DNA of 64,000 bases from positions 715,620-779,619 of the forward strand of contig NMRA01000166.1 in the NCBI GenBank assembly GCA_002633005.1, given 5' to 3'. A program made the translations under genes and the position numbers. The notes under the pieces were generated by a model. The model worked only from the letters and a program-made list of their open reading frames with translations, was not told the DNA's origin and searched no databases. Below are positions 39,370-52,203 of the stretch, one piece after another (the stretch's first letter is position 1; every line of letters starts with the position of its first letter). The DNA comes from Phoronis australis. Its lineage: Eukaryota > Animalia > Phoronida.

Positions 39370-39588
39370 TTAGTCCTCCTTTTCGAGGGCCTTCAGTCTC
39401 TCTAGTAGCGGAGGGTGTGAGTAGTTCCAGGCTGAATACAACCAATCAGCGACGGGAAAGCCAAGATTGTCCTTATTTAGCTTAATGAGCGAAGACTTGA
39501 GCTCGGCACCACGATGGAGGGCACGGGCAAAAGAATCGGCCTGGAACTCGAAGAACCGGCTCAGAGCCGTCATCAGGAAGGACAGCAG
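39370..39588 (-). CDS. ZMPSTE24: ZMPSTE24 exon 10
   Basis: [21 protein letters not shown]...[17 protein letters not shown]. Confidence 0.96.
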   Translation of the reverse strand: MLSFLMTALSRFFEFQADSFARALHRGAELKSSLIKLNKDNLGFPVADWLYSAWNYSHPPLLERLKALEKED

Positions 39589-42500
39589 CTGAAACGAAAA
39601 GGCATCAAAGAATTTGGGGAAAGAATAGGCCCATTTTAAATGTTTGCTCTAGTTTAACTTTGCGCTACTTGTGAGTTTTCAATAACAGAAATATGAAGTA
39701 AGGTCAAGGCACAATATGAAATCGATGGACGACATCAGTAAAATTAAGCAACACGTCAACAACATTTTGCTCATAAGAAATACATGTGGAACACAAAGAC
39801 AGACTATTAGCAAAAGTCATTAGTTTGACCTTCCCTCCAAATGACCTTGCATCAATATAAACTAATGATGTTGATGCAAAAACAACGATAACCAGTCATA
39901 TTTCTAAAATATTGATTTCTACAGTGATTATTACATTTCTGTAGAAAACAGAATGTCGCAAGCTAACGAAATTTTAACCTAGATGGAAAGGCACTCTGGA
40001 GCACGGTTACAAAAACATACAATATTACTGTGATTACAGCTCAAAGAGGTGATTAATCCAAGATTCTATTTTTTGCTTTTAGTGTCTTTCCATGACCCTG
40101 CTGTGGTTGCCATGGTATATCAGAAGCATAATCGCTACAACTTCAGCCTGGGATAATGAAACTGCTTTTAGTACCAAAGCTCAGTTTGCTTGCAATGACA
40201 AAAAATCCAGCACTTAGCAACTTTCTAACCAGCATGAAATCCATCTGGTAAATTCTGCTGAAATGACCCAGTAGTTATGGCTAACTTTCAGTAGATACAA
40301 ACCTCATTGTAAGGTGAGAAAATAAACTGGAATATGATGAGGATGCCTATGAGAGTGGGCTGGCTGGTGAACCCGAACGCTTCGTAAAGCACTGTCTTGT
40401 TCATTAGATAAGCAAAGACCATGAAACAGAGGAATGTGTTAACCTGGAAAAACAGTTGAGTAAAGCAAAAATTAGATCAAAACATTCAATACTTGCTGTT
40501 GTGCAAAACAGTATATCCCAGTGTAATAGCAATAGTACCGAAACACCACTACATGTAACAGTAAACAAAACACTTTAGAAATAGGATTCAAAATTGCACT
40601 CATGTCACTTCAAATACACCCATGATTTATAACCATTAGCTGGTACTGTCCTGTACTTTTTTATGTCATTTACGACATTACCAATCTGGACAGGGAAACA
40701 GTGTTCTCCCTGAAAAGCAACAACTTTACCAAGGGGCTTGAAAACAATAGCTCATCACAACAGGAAGTTGAATCCACCTCACAACTTTGGCGAGAACTTT
40801 CCTAAGAGGCGTGGGGAAAATTAGGCTTAAGACAGGGACTTGAACTTTGACTAAGGATGGACAAGGGCTTTGGGAAGATGAGGGCTTTGGGAACAACAGC
40901 TTGATAAGATGGGGAATTTAACTACTAACAATGACTATGGGAACAATAGCTTGTCAAGTCAAGGAGTTGAGCTTTGACACGGGCTTTGGGAAGACAAGGG
41001 CTTTGGGAACAATAGCTTATCAAGACAGTGAATTGAACTTTGACAAGGGGTTGGGAAACAATAGCTTGTGGAATTGTGAATCTTGTTATTTCAGTCATTA
41101 TATCACTGGGTATACAGTAGAAATACAAATATGCGCAAACTACATTAAACAATCAAAAGCACTTACTTGGCCAATTACCAAATTCTTGAGATTGTGACTC
41201 AATTTCCAGTGGCCCAGCTCATGTGACAGTACTGCCAACACTTCTTCATTGGTACACCCTAACTTCTCAGTCTTTTTCTCAGCTGGAGAATCACCCTACG
41301 GGCAATGTGTATGGTCAGGCAATGGACAATTTCTTTTAAACACATTCAAGGAGTCTGATCTTGTGATTTCCATGCATATTCAATGACTATACGTTAGTCT
41401 TATTGGACACTTGCAAATTATCAATAGGACAAAAAGTTCCCTTGATGAATTCCCCAATGTCGTTGAAATTAGTTTAAAATAACCAATTTGAAAAATATTC
41501 TTCAAAATATTTGAATAATTTGTTTCGTGTTTCACATTCAACCATAAAGCAACTTTTAAGACATGCGTTCAATAATCTCTTTACTGCATTTTCTTGTGTT
41601 TCGTTTTCTTCATCTTGATCGTCTGCTGACTTAGTGCTGTTGTCTTCTGCTGTACCCTCCCGCTCTTTGATTGGTGTATAGTCAGCTAATAGGGTGTCAA
41701 ACAGCACGATGCGCTTGTTGTTGAAGAAACCGTAGAAGTAAGCATTGCTGTGAGAAGACCTCTTAGAACCTGAATTAAAGGACATTATGGGACTAATTCT
41801 CTACGCAGTTAGTAAGTACCACATGTAGCCATATCTTTAGAAATCTTTGTTTTGAGGACAGATCTCAAAGTTCTTGTTCTGCGAGTTCAGTGATTGGTGA
41901 TATGACTCGTCACCTTGAACTTGTTTTACTACAGTCGACATGACTTAATCAGGCCTGCCAGCAAGAGCTTTAAAAAGACTTATGAGCAGTGACCAGTAGA
42001 ACCTTTGGCAACAACTATTTGTGGTCATACTTTCATTTAAAGTCATATAAAACTTAGTCTTTGAAACTTCTGACTTTGCCTGGATTGCATATTAAAAGTA
42101 TTCTAAGAGTAGACACCAAATTAACGTTCCAAATTTCACAAGATCACAAAACTGACCAAATGGGGTGGGTCCACTTGATGGCTGCTACGACAGTTCAAAG
42201 GTGGAAATTTTGATGTGGTATAATTATCGCTGTATCTGGCTGTAAATTGCTTGCTTCTAGATTAGGCTCAGATGCAGTTTTAAATATACACAACATAGCA
42301 AACATTAGCTTAGAAATGGGTGTGGTTCTTAACTGCCGTTGTCCATAACAGGACATTTTACTTAGAACTCATTATGAAATGATTATTTTGGTAATGGTCT
42401 CATATTATTCATAACTTAAAATGCTAGGACATTGATTGTGTGTTCATACGCTATTCATATGGAGTTTTGCAAATCAACATAAACATGAAACAGTGTCAAA

Positions 42501-45500
42501 ATCCAACACCATATCTTGTCATAACACCAGCTTATAAATACAATTATAGTGAATTGTCAATGCTTACAATTTAGTTTTACATAAAAATCTATTTGTAAAA
42601 GCCCTATTATCATTCTGTTCAAAAATGATCAGAACCACTCACCATCCACTACATACAGCTTCTTCAGAGGAAAGTTGATGCTGGCAGCTAAAGTTTCAAT
42701 CTGTGTCCTCAGCTCACCCTCAGGAAGAGGGGTGAACTTGTCAAACAAGGGGGCAATGTAGTCAGCGTAGACAGTCACCAGTATCTGTGGTGGAATAGAA
42801 ATGATAAACTCAAGAACAACACCATAAGAATGATATGCAATGTAGTATGAATCAAATAAACCTGTGCACTTTACATGGAAATAAAGCCACTTATCAAATC
42901 ACACAACTAAGCCCATTTCATCAGGTCTTATTTTGTAAACTTGGGAAAATGCTAACAGGATGCAAAATCCTGTTCTGTTGATTTCACCATGGCAACTGAA
43001 AACTGATTATATCACCTATATTGCCAGTACTTCCCTTGAGAGATAAAATGATTATTCAGCAAAGACACTTCCTCAGGGAGTCACAAGATGGATTGTGTGT
43101 TTTGAGTTGGACGGCTTTCCCAATGAACTCTTCCAATGTCCAAGGTGCAATTTACACTAGCTTGTCAATTCATTGTAATTGATAACCTTATTGACATCCT
43201 GTCACATTTCATAAAATAACATTTTTAGAGTTAAAATAATATGCTTTTTGATACCTCCATGATTAAAAATTCTGAATTCACCTCTTGAAATGTTGAAAAA
43301 TTATTGATAACCACATGACTGATGTTTCTGTGAAAAAAGTAATTTTTACTTTGAACAAAAATTAAAGAACTTCAAATGCAGGTGACTTAGTGTTTGAACT
43401 ATATATTCTTACTGCCAAAACACAGATACTTTTGTCATAGGTTTTTGATTTACCTTAAAACAACAAATATATCAGAGACAGACATTAAAGTTCTTCTTCA
43501 AAAAAAGGTCTTAACTTTTCATTTTTGGCAGCCAACATCTCTGTTTTTCCGGGGGAAATTAAAAATCTGAGACAAGATTTCTTCAATCAAAGAGCACACT
43601 CAGCAAGTTTCTAGTCATGAGTACCTACAAGTAGTCCATGTGATTTTTGTTTGCAGACCAGTTTTTCCTATTTCACTATTATCTCAAATGGCTTATGTTC
43701 AATTCTTGTTTATTTATTAAACTTTTTCATTGTTCTTATCAAAAGTCAGTGAGATTAAACTTTAGCTAGCGTTGTACTATGTCTGCGAATAGAAGTATCA
43801 GAATGTATTGTATTGCATTGTTATGTGTGCTCACCAATGAAATGACAAACGTGAAGAGCCAAGCATAGATGAAGAAGTAGTCACCACCCCACTTGATAAC
43901 GTAGATAAGGCCAGCCACAATGGGAGCTGAGATCAGCATCATCACCACAAACTTCTTCAACGTGTCTTTTAGGAAAAAGCCCAGTGTCTGTGAAGATATA
44001 ACCAAAACATATAATAATTACTTAGACTTAAACTCATAATATACATAATAACCATAATAATGATAATGATAACACTCTATAATACACAGTGGCAATTGAC
44101 CTCCACAATAAAAGTAATCATAGTAATAACATAACAAAACATAACACTAACAATATAACACAGCAATTTCAAAACTAAAATTTTCACAACTGAGTTACAA
44201 CTGTGGTTCAAGATCATGTATTTGTTATATTTATAAAGTGCTTTGCACTGTAACCAGTGTCCAAACCAGCCAGCTGGCTATTTTTAGGTCAAGCTCAATA
44301 TTAACACCCTCAATTGTTTTAATCAAAAATTTAACAAACCAGTTTGATTTATATACCATGTATTATACATCAGTGTGAAGCTCATAAAATCAGCTTCATC
44401 TCTATCATATTAATCTGGAAGATAACTAAATTATATGCTGCTGATGACCAATGGAACACCGTAATGGTGTAAAATACAACAGTTTTCAATATTCTCATCT
44501 CATGCAATTTAAACACAAATAACCAAAACATATGACTATAAGTCAATTAAAACAAGGGTAGAAGTGTTCTGAAATCAGTATCAAGTGTCCATTTCAAACA
44601 CGAGGCCTCAGAACAACAGGTAAATCAAGTTAAGTTACCGGTGTGCAAGAAGACTGGAAAATCCCATGCTCAATATGGAATCCTAGACCAATATTGCTCA
44701 ATTAGCCAATCACAAACAGTCTTTCATGAATACTTGGGACCTTATGCCTTGTCTGAAGCAACCCAGCCTAACTAGGCCCTTTTAAATTATCTGATTGGCC
44801 CTTATTTTTTAATTGAGTTTGACCTACTTAGGTGAATGCTGGTCAGCCGGATACATCTGGCATTAGCCAGACAGGCTGGAATGTTGAGACCCGTATGAGC
44901 CTGGGCTTAGCAGCAGCAGGGTTTTAAGACAGGCCACAGTATTTCGTTATTTTACATTTCACCTATTTCAACCAGGTAAGATGCACAGACACAAAAATAA
45001 AGGCCAATTTAAAAATGAACGTTAACTTAGATGAGCCAGGCTACAGCTAACATCATATACTTAATGTCCCTTGAGTCTGGACATGTAAACAAAAATTTAC
45101 TAATTTACCAGAAACGAAATTTTAAACATTTTATTCAAACAACTTTTTTACTAACAAATGATGTATTCAATATGATTTCCATCATCGACCATACAAAGGA
45201 TTATGAGCTTTGGAAAAGTATACAAACTCAATGTTATACATCCTATCCAAATTGCATCAATATTAGAAAATTTCTTCCTCATGGCTTCAATCAAGTGTGT
45301 TGCATTCGTTCTGTGATTTCCAACACACTCTCCTTCAGCACGCTCCACAAACAGTAGTTAAAAGGCCAAGGTCAGGCAAAGGAGGTGACTGCAAAACTAT
45401 GCTTAACAGGATTAGACTTGAGGAACATCTTGATGTCTCATTGTAGACAACTAAATTTAGGGAAATTGCATGAAGGTAATTGTGGTAAGTCTGCTTGACT

Positions 45501-48500
45501 ACCGTACCTGTTTGTTGAAGCCGTGCCTCTCCTCAATAACAAATGTGCTGTACAAACTGAAGGGCAAGCCAGTCACAGTACTGTATACGGAAGCTAGGAC
45601 CACAAACACGACAGACTGAAGAATCTGAAAAGAAAGGGTAAAGTAGAAATGGAGAAATAATTTCACAAAGCCCAAGTCTAATAGGTTCAAACTTCCTACG
45701 CTTAGCAACTGAAAAACTAATGGAGCTATGAACTCGTGTTGATTTAGACAAGGAATAAAAATCTTAAAAAAGCCTTTTAAGATACTTGCCTCATACTCAG
45801 GACCATAGTCGTACTTAGCCAGCAAGTATCCAGACACTCTCCACAGCAAAGGGATACCATAAAACCACAGAATAAGCTATGAAGAAGAAAACTGGTGTTA
45901 ACATGCACTGAAAGCGTTCCATTTCCATACAATTAGGCGTATAAGCGCATAATAACAATTGACTTCTAACAATGTGATGACAGTTTTCAACTACGGCAAT
46001 CATATATGGAGAATTCAGGTGATTTCATCTATGGTGCAGCTGTCCTTTTTCAAATGCATTGTGGGATGGCTGCCGATTCATAAACATCTGGTGACAATGT
46101 GGACAAGTGGGGAATGTGCAATTTGATTGATAATCTCTGTTTTGGGTGGCATTTTAGGTAACTTCAGCAAGCTCTTGATGGCACATGCCTGGAGAATCTC
46201 TCACAGAAAGGATAATGTTGCAGTATGATTTGATGCATTTTGAGGCTCATTTTCAATCATTTCATTTAGTAAGCCTGTTGCACTTGAACTGTGAGCTCAA
46301 ACATCAAGGGCTGATTTCCATCATATTGCTTTCACACCAAGCTACCTGTAATGTCACCAGATGCTTACCAGCCAACTACTGCAGCATCGTAGATGAATTC
46401 CCCACAATGTCTGCCTCAATAAATATCTGGTAAATTGTACTAATACCCAGTCTTGACCTTTTATCTCACATTTAAACCAAAATTGTTTTTCTAGCTTGAA
46501 AAGTAAACATTTTGCAATAAAAAATGTTCCAACATGTCACTCTTGCGTGAGAAAGGAATATAAGTGGGATAGAAAACAACTTACAGTAGATTCCACCTGA
46601 GACCACAGCCCTGACCAAAATCCAAAGTTACTTTTGTCAAGCTGATACAGTCTTGCCTTGTTAAAGGTATCTTGATCCAAAACACCAGTCAACTCATTAG
46701 GAACCTCGGTGACAGTTTTCAACAGATAACGCTGTAAGTAAAAACACACGTTTGGCATAAACATGTAAACATAAAGAAATAGAGAAAGAAGTAACTCTTA
46801 TTGAGTATTGCACACCCAATGCAAAGCACAGGAATTTGATTCCTATACACCTGTATACTCATGGTGCTGTTGGAGTTCGGAGTCCTGTGACCACAGATAT
46901 CCCCATAAAAAGTTAATCATTTCAAAATACAGCAAATAATATTGAATGAAGAATACATATACCGGTATACACAGTGACAAATAATATTGAATGAAGAATA
47001 CATATACCGGTATACACAGTGACAAATAATATTGAATGAAGAATACATATACCGGTATACACAGTGACAAATAATATTGAATGAAGAATACATATACCGG
47101 TATACAAAGTGACAAATAATATTGAATGAAGAATACATATACCGGTATACACACTGACAAATAATCGACACATGCCATGACTCTGGAGACACTTTAATCA
47201 ACATAATTTGAACATATCCATGAAAATCTGTCGAGGTTCACTCGAGCTTCCCTTGCCAGGTGCCATTTTGAGGGAGTCACGCAAAATCACGAAGTTCATG
47301 AACAAAAAGTCCAAGAGACACAAATACTAAAAGTTCCTCCAAATATCCTCCCATGCTGCTTTTTTCAAGTGTCAACCACCAGTTCATTCACTCTGCACAG
47401 TCTCTTGTTTGACGTAACTCGCATGACGTTAATTGAAATACTGTGTGGTTATTGCGTAGTGAAAAAGTTAACGGCGACCAAAAAAGAAGTTGGAATTCTT
47501 CGCTAGTCATCTTAATTCTCACAGACATGCTCCATCCAGGATATGCATAGAACCAGAAAGGATCACTGCAGAAAGTAAGCAGTTTATAAGAGACAATTTT
47601 AAGTGTAAAATATATTTTTTGACGAGATGAAAACCTCTTATTCGATGACCGATATGGGCTATCACCAGATGAAAATACATGGGGATGACATTAATACCAA
47701 TACCACTGAGGAATGTTGAAGACCCTTTCCAGCAAGCCGAGGGGCTACGTCTTGCCTAATCCACGCATTGCTAGTAATTGATGTCAACAAAAAGAAGAAA
47801 GTCTTAAAGATTTCCTAGCTGCAAGTTTCATTTTTCATCAGTCTGCGTGTTAATAGATATGATTCTGTGAACACAGCGATAAGTGACAAAATTTAGCACT
47901 AATAATGAATTTCATCCATGTCTTGTCTTGTAAATCCCTGCAGTTATTTGACGCAGCACCGTTTTCAGATCTAGTATCTACGGACAGAAGTTCATGCAAG
48001 TACACAATCAAATCTTCAGTAATGATCCTATGCGGAACGATCACAGATGCAGGCAGAAAGCAAGAAAGCACTTGCATTTAGCAGTTATGTCTAGGGAAAA
48101 TTACGGCACAAAGGATGCAAGACATAGCAGAGCACAATAAGTTGAAAATAGATTTCAGGGTCACTGGGCATAATCCACAGCGTTATCATAACCTACAGCA
48201 CTAAAAAGAAAGTGAGAATCTCACTGGTTTCCAGTGAGATTCCAGTTAGATTCTCACTAAATCACCCATTACAGTTAGAAATGCCAGTGAGAATCCAGTG
48301 GGAATTGAACAGCTGAGCCAGTCAGTGAGAAATAGTGAGAAAATGTTATGTAACAATTAGAATCCAGTGAGAATTTTGGTCTTAGAAACATTTTGAGTGA
48401 GAAACCAGTGAGAATTTTGGTCTTAGGAATTTTCAGAGTGAGAATCCAGTGAGAATTTCAGACTTAGATAACTTCTGAGTGAGAATTGAGTGAGAACTTG

Positions 48501-49921
48501 GACTTGCCACAATTGGAGTGAGAATTCAGTGAGAATTTAAGATAAACAAACACCCTGATAGGCTGTTCCTGTGGAAATTTCAGTTGAACCAGATTTCTGA
48601 ATTCAAACTAAAATGGCGCCAGGAATGAGCACTTAGAGAAATAGCTTGAAGATTGCTGACGTTTTTCTCACAAATATTGTGAAATTACTGAACAGTTTGT
48701 CTGCAAGTCAACCAGAAGGGATTCTGGACTGAATTTATGAGTTAATAACCTTAAGGTTAGTAAATTTCATACATCTAGTAGAGTGCATGAAGCACCAGTA
48801 TTAGACTGATGTCTTCCTTCTGTGTTGACAGTTGAGTTTTTAGTATTTTGCTGATTTACCAAAGGCATTAAAATTGTAAGTTCAAGTCTGCTATATTTCA
48901 CAATTAGCAACTAAATTGCACCTTTTGTCAAATTTCAAGATAAACTCACAAAAAAGCAGTGTTTTGGTTTCCAACAAAGCTTTAACTCTCATCCAGTCTC
49001 GTTCAGTCAGTGGTTATAAATACACACACACAATTTTCTAAGTTCAAAATTCTCACCCAGTGAGATTTTCACTCAGTGACAATTTCACTAAGACAAATTC
49101 TCACTAATTTGTATAGCATTCCTACTCAGTGAGAATTTCAGTGAGACAAATTCTCACTGAGTGGGAATGCTTAAGCAAATTAGTTAGATTCTCACTGAGT
49201 CAGTTATAACGGCAAATGACTGGGGTGAAAACTGCAGATTTGGTGTTTCAGTCCTTCGTTCAGTTGAAAAAATCGGTAATTGGCCATTTTTACACTGCTC
49301 ACTGCTCGCACCAGGGAGCATGACGTCATATCCCCTGCCTCTGACACGAGCCTAATTGTAACAATGGTCAGTTTGGGCAACTGAATGAAGTACTGTTTGA
49401 AAAAAATGTTCGATTGCTGGAGTATTTGTTCGAGCTGGGAATAATTAAGATGTCAACGACCTCTTGGATGTACTTATAGCAACGTGACTTTGATGGTTTT
49501 ATCAGTGTAGTAAGGCATAATTCGTCAGAAAGCTTCCGGCATATGAAGGCCCCTATGCCTATGCGTAACATCACCGTCTGGACTACTAAGTAGAGACAAT
49601 GTAACTGTCTAGCCTAGTATTAGGCAATTACATCGCCCTGGATGCCGCAGGCCAACCGAGGGCGTACGTGTTGCCTAGCCTAATCTACTCTAAACTGACT
49701 ACGGACAGTAGAGTAGAGTTTATTGGTTGAACATGTTGTTGAAAACAAAACCGAGGTGGGTAGTTATTAGAAAAGACTGTAACTAAGGGTGTTATGAATC
49801 GTATTTCAAACACTGAGTTATTGCAGACCTGACGGGATGATAAGTACGCCTCCCACACGTACATGATCCACATAAATATCATAACAGCAGTGAAAATATC
49901 GCCTGCAAGTGGAACTTCCAT
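39370..49921 (-). CDS. ZMPSTE24: CAAX prenyl protease 1 (zinc metalloprotease STE24 homologue, peptidase M48), 10 exons, 470 aa
   Basis: Exons 49829-49921, 46585-46731, 45790-45876, 45508-45624, 43835-43987, 42643-42784, 41585-41769, 41167-41295, 40303-40443 and 39370-39588 splice in frame (1413 nt). Motifs: [32 protein letters not shown] (HExxH), [13 protein letters not shown]. Confidence 0.97.
40303..40443 (-). CDS. ZMPSTE24: ZMPSTE24 exon 9
   Basis: [47 protein letters not shown]. Confidence 0.95.
40840..41065. repeat. Degenerate intronic minisatellite (GGGCTTTGGGAACAATAGCTT-type units)
   Basis: Repeated TGAACTTTGAC / GGGCTTTGGGAA motifs. Confidence 0.7.
41167..41295 (-). CDS. ZMPSTE24: ZMPSTE24 exon 8 (HExxH)
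   Basis: [31 protein letters not shown]; acceptor position less certain than donor. Confidence 0.9.
41585..41769 (-). CDS. ZMPSTE24: ZMPSTE24 exon 7
   Basis: [27 protein letters not shown] plus acidic loop. Confidence 0.92.
42643..42784 (-). CDS. ZMPSTE24: ZMPSTE24 exon 6
   Basis: [48 protein letters not shown]; not in the ORF track, read directly. Confidence 0.95.
43835..43987 (-). CDS. ZMPSTE24: ZMPSTE24 exon 5
   Basis: [13 protein letters not shown]...[18 protein letters not shown]. Confidence 0.95.
45508..45624 (-). CDS. ZMPSTE24: ZMPSTE24 exon 4
   Basis: ILQSVVF...[20 protein letters not shown]. Confidence 0.95.
45790..45876 (-). CDS. ZMPSTE24: ZMPSTE24 exon 3 (GC donor)
   Basis: [16 protein letters not shown]...GPEYE; ends GAG|GCAAGT. 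Confidence 0.9.
46585..46731 (-). CDS. ZMPSTE24: ZMPSTE24 exon 2
   Basis: [14 protein letters not shown]...[14 protein letters not shown]...EST; AG / GTAAGT. Confidence 0.95.
46933..47165. repeat. 45-bp tandem repeat x5 in ZMPSTE24 intron 1
   Basis: Unit AAATAATATTGAATGAAGAATACATATACCGGTATACACAGTGAC. Confidence 0.95.
48196..49297. mobile_element. Element with many subterminal GTGAGAAT/ATTCTCAC repeats (possible CACTA/CMC-like non-autonomous)
   Basis: Direct repeats on the left and inverted copies on the right; termini uncertain. Confidence 0.4.
49829..49921 (-). CDS. ZMPSTE24: ZMPSTE24 exon 1
   Basis: [31 protein letters not shown], donor CAG|GT. Confidence 0.9.
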
Positions 49922-51599
49922 TTTGCCGGATGTGGCGAGATAATAACGACAATACCAAAGCGCACCCTGGTGCAAAAGTTTAGAACGTTTCTTCAAACAG
50001 TTTCATCGGGATGGTGCCGGGAATAGTAGTTGACACAAGGAAATTCATTTTCCATTCATTTCTGTGAGTATTAACAACTTTTTTGGATGGAAAATTAATT
50101 TCTCTGAGTCAGTTGAGAACGTTGATTTGTTGAACCACTTTGCCGGAGTCTGCAGACTAAACAATAACCACAAAACTAAAGCATTCTTTCTGAGCAGAAA
50201 GCTTGTAGAAATTTATTTTTGACATTTTACCAATCTGACATTAATTGGGACACATGACCACGCATTTTATTAAAATTTAGCAAAGTAGAAGATATATCAC
50301 GGGAGTACAACAACCGTTGGGCGGGGAGCTATTTTTGTTTCATTTATCAAATGTAATGAAATCTTAAAAACACTATTAAGGTTTTCATAAAACGATAACG
50401 TACCCTTTTCATAGTCAAGAACTTCTTCTTTTCAGCCAGTATAAAACTTGAACCCATCGACCAGTCTCTCGGGAATAGTGTATACTATGCCGACGCAGTA
50501 CGTGACGACAGAGAAGCATACGCCAGCCTGGTCCTATTCCGCGGTAGCCAAGGGGACTCGAGGGGTTCGAACTGACGAACCCCCTCCCCCCCTCCGCGGA
50601 AAAGGGTCCAGCCCCAGCCTTTCCGTTAAATATAGGATACAGATGGACAACAACAAAATTGTTGCAGCTAGTACTAATATCTACAATACTAAATTAGTAA
50701 TAATTTTGAATTTGCTTCTGATTCAAAGCGCTTCACGTAATCATCGGGTCGTACCCGGCCAACTTAGCTCAAGTCAGGGTATTTGCGTACTGTAGATGAC
50801 AGGATCGTGCAGACGATTAGAAGAGGCTTTATGTTACTCATCGGCATTGAACACACGCTGTGTTTACACCGGAGGGTAACAAGGGAGCCGCCTACAAGTA
50901 AGTGTCCATACCTAGCTAAGCTATGTACAGCAGCGAGAGAGCTCCCAAAAAGTCACAGTGCAGTGTACGTGAATGCCTTTTATTTTAAAAAATCGACCAA
51001 GAAACAAAACAACAGAAAATAGGTTTGTTATCTGATATTGCTTGCTAGCATAGTATGGCAAAGTGCAGGCGTTTTCAAATTTGGAATTGGAATTGTTCGT
51101 CAGATACAGGTATGTTTTTCATCCAGTGTCCAATTCGATTGTGGATTGGTGGATTGACATGCATGCGTGCATGTACACGTGTGTGCGTTTCCGTTCTTTT
51201 AAATTCAGTTGAAGCCGACGTTAGGTTAACTATAGGTGAGCCCTCCGTCGATGCTCAAAACCAGAATTTAACTATAACCTTGTTTGCTTGCTCTGAGAAA
51301 ACACCGACAAGCACGTTCACAGTTTTTTAGAAAAGTAGGTCTAGACCCAATAAAAACTTTGGTCAATGGAGATAGACTTCTCTTATCAATTTTGTAAATG
51401 GTGCACAGGGTCCCAGACTTCATACGAGCAACTAACTTGATGGAAAAGATTTCCAAGGTTAGATGCCATAATTCCGAAGGTTCACTACTCCGAAGGTCCA
51501 CTACTTCGAAGGTTCGCCACCTTCGAAAGTTCACTACTTCGAATGTTCACAATTCCAAAACCAGAACTCCGAGTTATTTTTTTTTTCTTAGATATAAGC

Positions 51600-51800
51600 A
51601 CAGCCCCAGGAGTCGCTTTCGCATTATATCCAGGTTTTAATTGACACCATTGGGCATATTCACCAGTAAGACACAGCTAGCTCAGAGGAGTAAGAGACAC
51701 CTTTGTGCAATACTCGCTCGATGATTGGCAGCCAGTAAAGCCAGGGTTCGAACTCAGGTCTCCCAAACAGGAGCCCCGACTTCAAACCACTGAGCCACAC
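51600..51800 (-). mobile_element. tRNA-derived SINE (duplicated at 52378-52590)
   Basis: GTGGCTCAGTGGT A-box and GAGTTCGAACCC B-box on the minus strand. Confidence 0.6.
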
Positions 51801-52057
51801 AGTTCATTACTCAGATTATCTGCTAATGAGTCGTTACAAACATGAATAAATTATTGCATTCGTGTCCATTTAGTAACCATTTAAAGTGTGTGCAAAAGTT
51901 GACTGTGTAACATTTTTGACGAAAAATGTTAGAATTATGTAACGATTAATCGATAATTAAATTTATGAACAACTGTGTTAATTAATAACAGTTAACTATT
52001 TTGAAAGTCACAAATATTCTAGAACAGGACTTGTTATTGTAAACAACTTGTTGTGGN

Positions 52058-52203
52058 TGTGCTTTGCCGTCTTCATTTGGGAAGAAATTTCACGGGGAAG
52101 AAATTTCATGCCTTAGACGTGAAATAACTTCCCCTCAATACCGCGCATGCGCAAAAGGGTCAGAGTGGGAAGAAATTTCACGGGGAAGAAATTTCACGCG
52201 ACA
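52058..52203. mobile_element. Right end of Ginger1-like MITE
   Basis: GAAGAAATTTCACGGG repeats ending ...CGCGACA followed by CCGG; the matching sequence at 50017 has CCGG with no element. Confidence 0.5.

Noticed and set aside
46843-47204. Regularly spaced repeats and repetitive ORFs resembling a CRISPR array or repeat protein
   Set aside because: Head-to-tail 45-bp units with no unique spacers, inside a eukaryotic intron, with no cas genes
49922-49996. N-terminal extension of ZMPSTE24 in the ORF track
   Set aside because: Starts at a non-ATG codon; the ATG at 49921 (AAAATGG) is the plausible start
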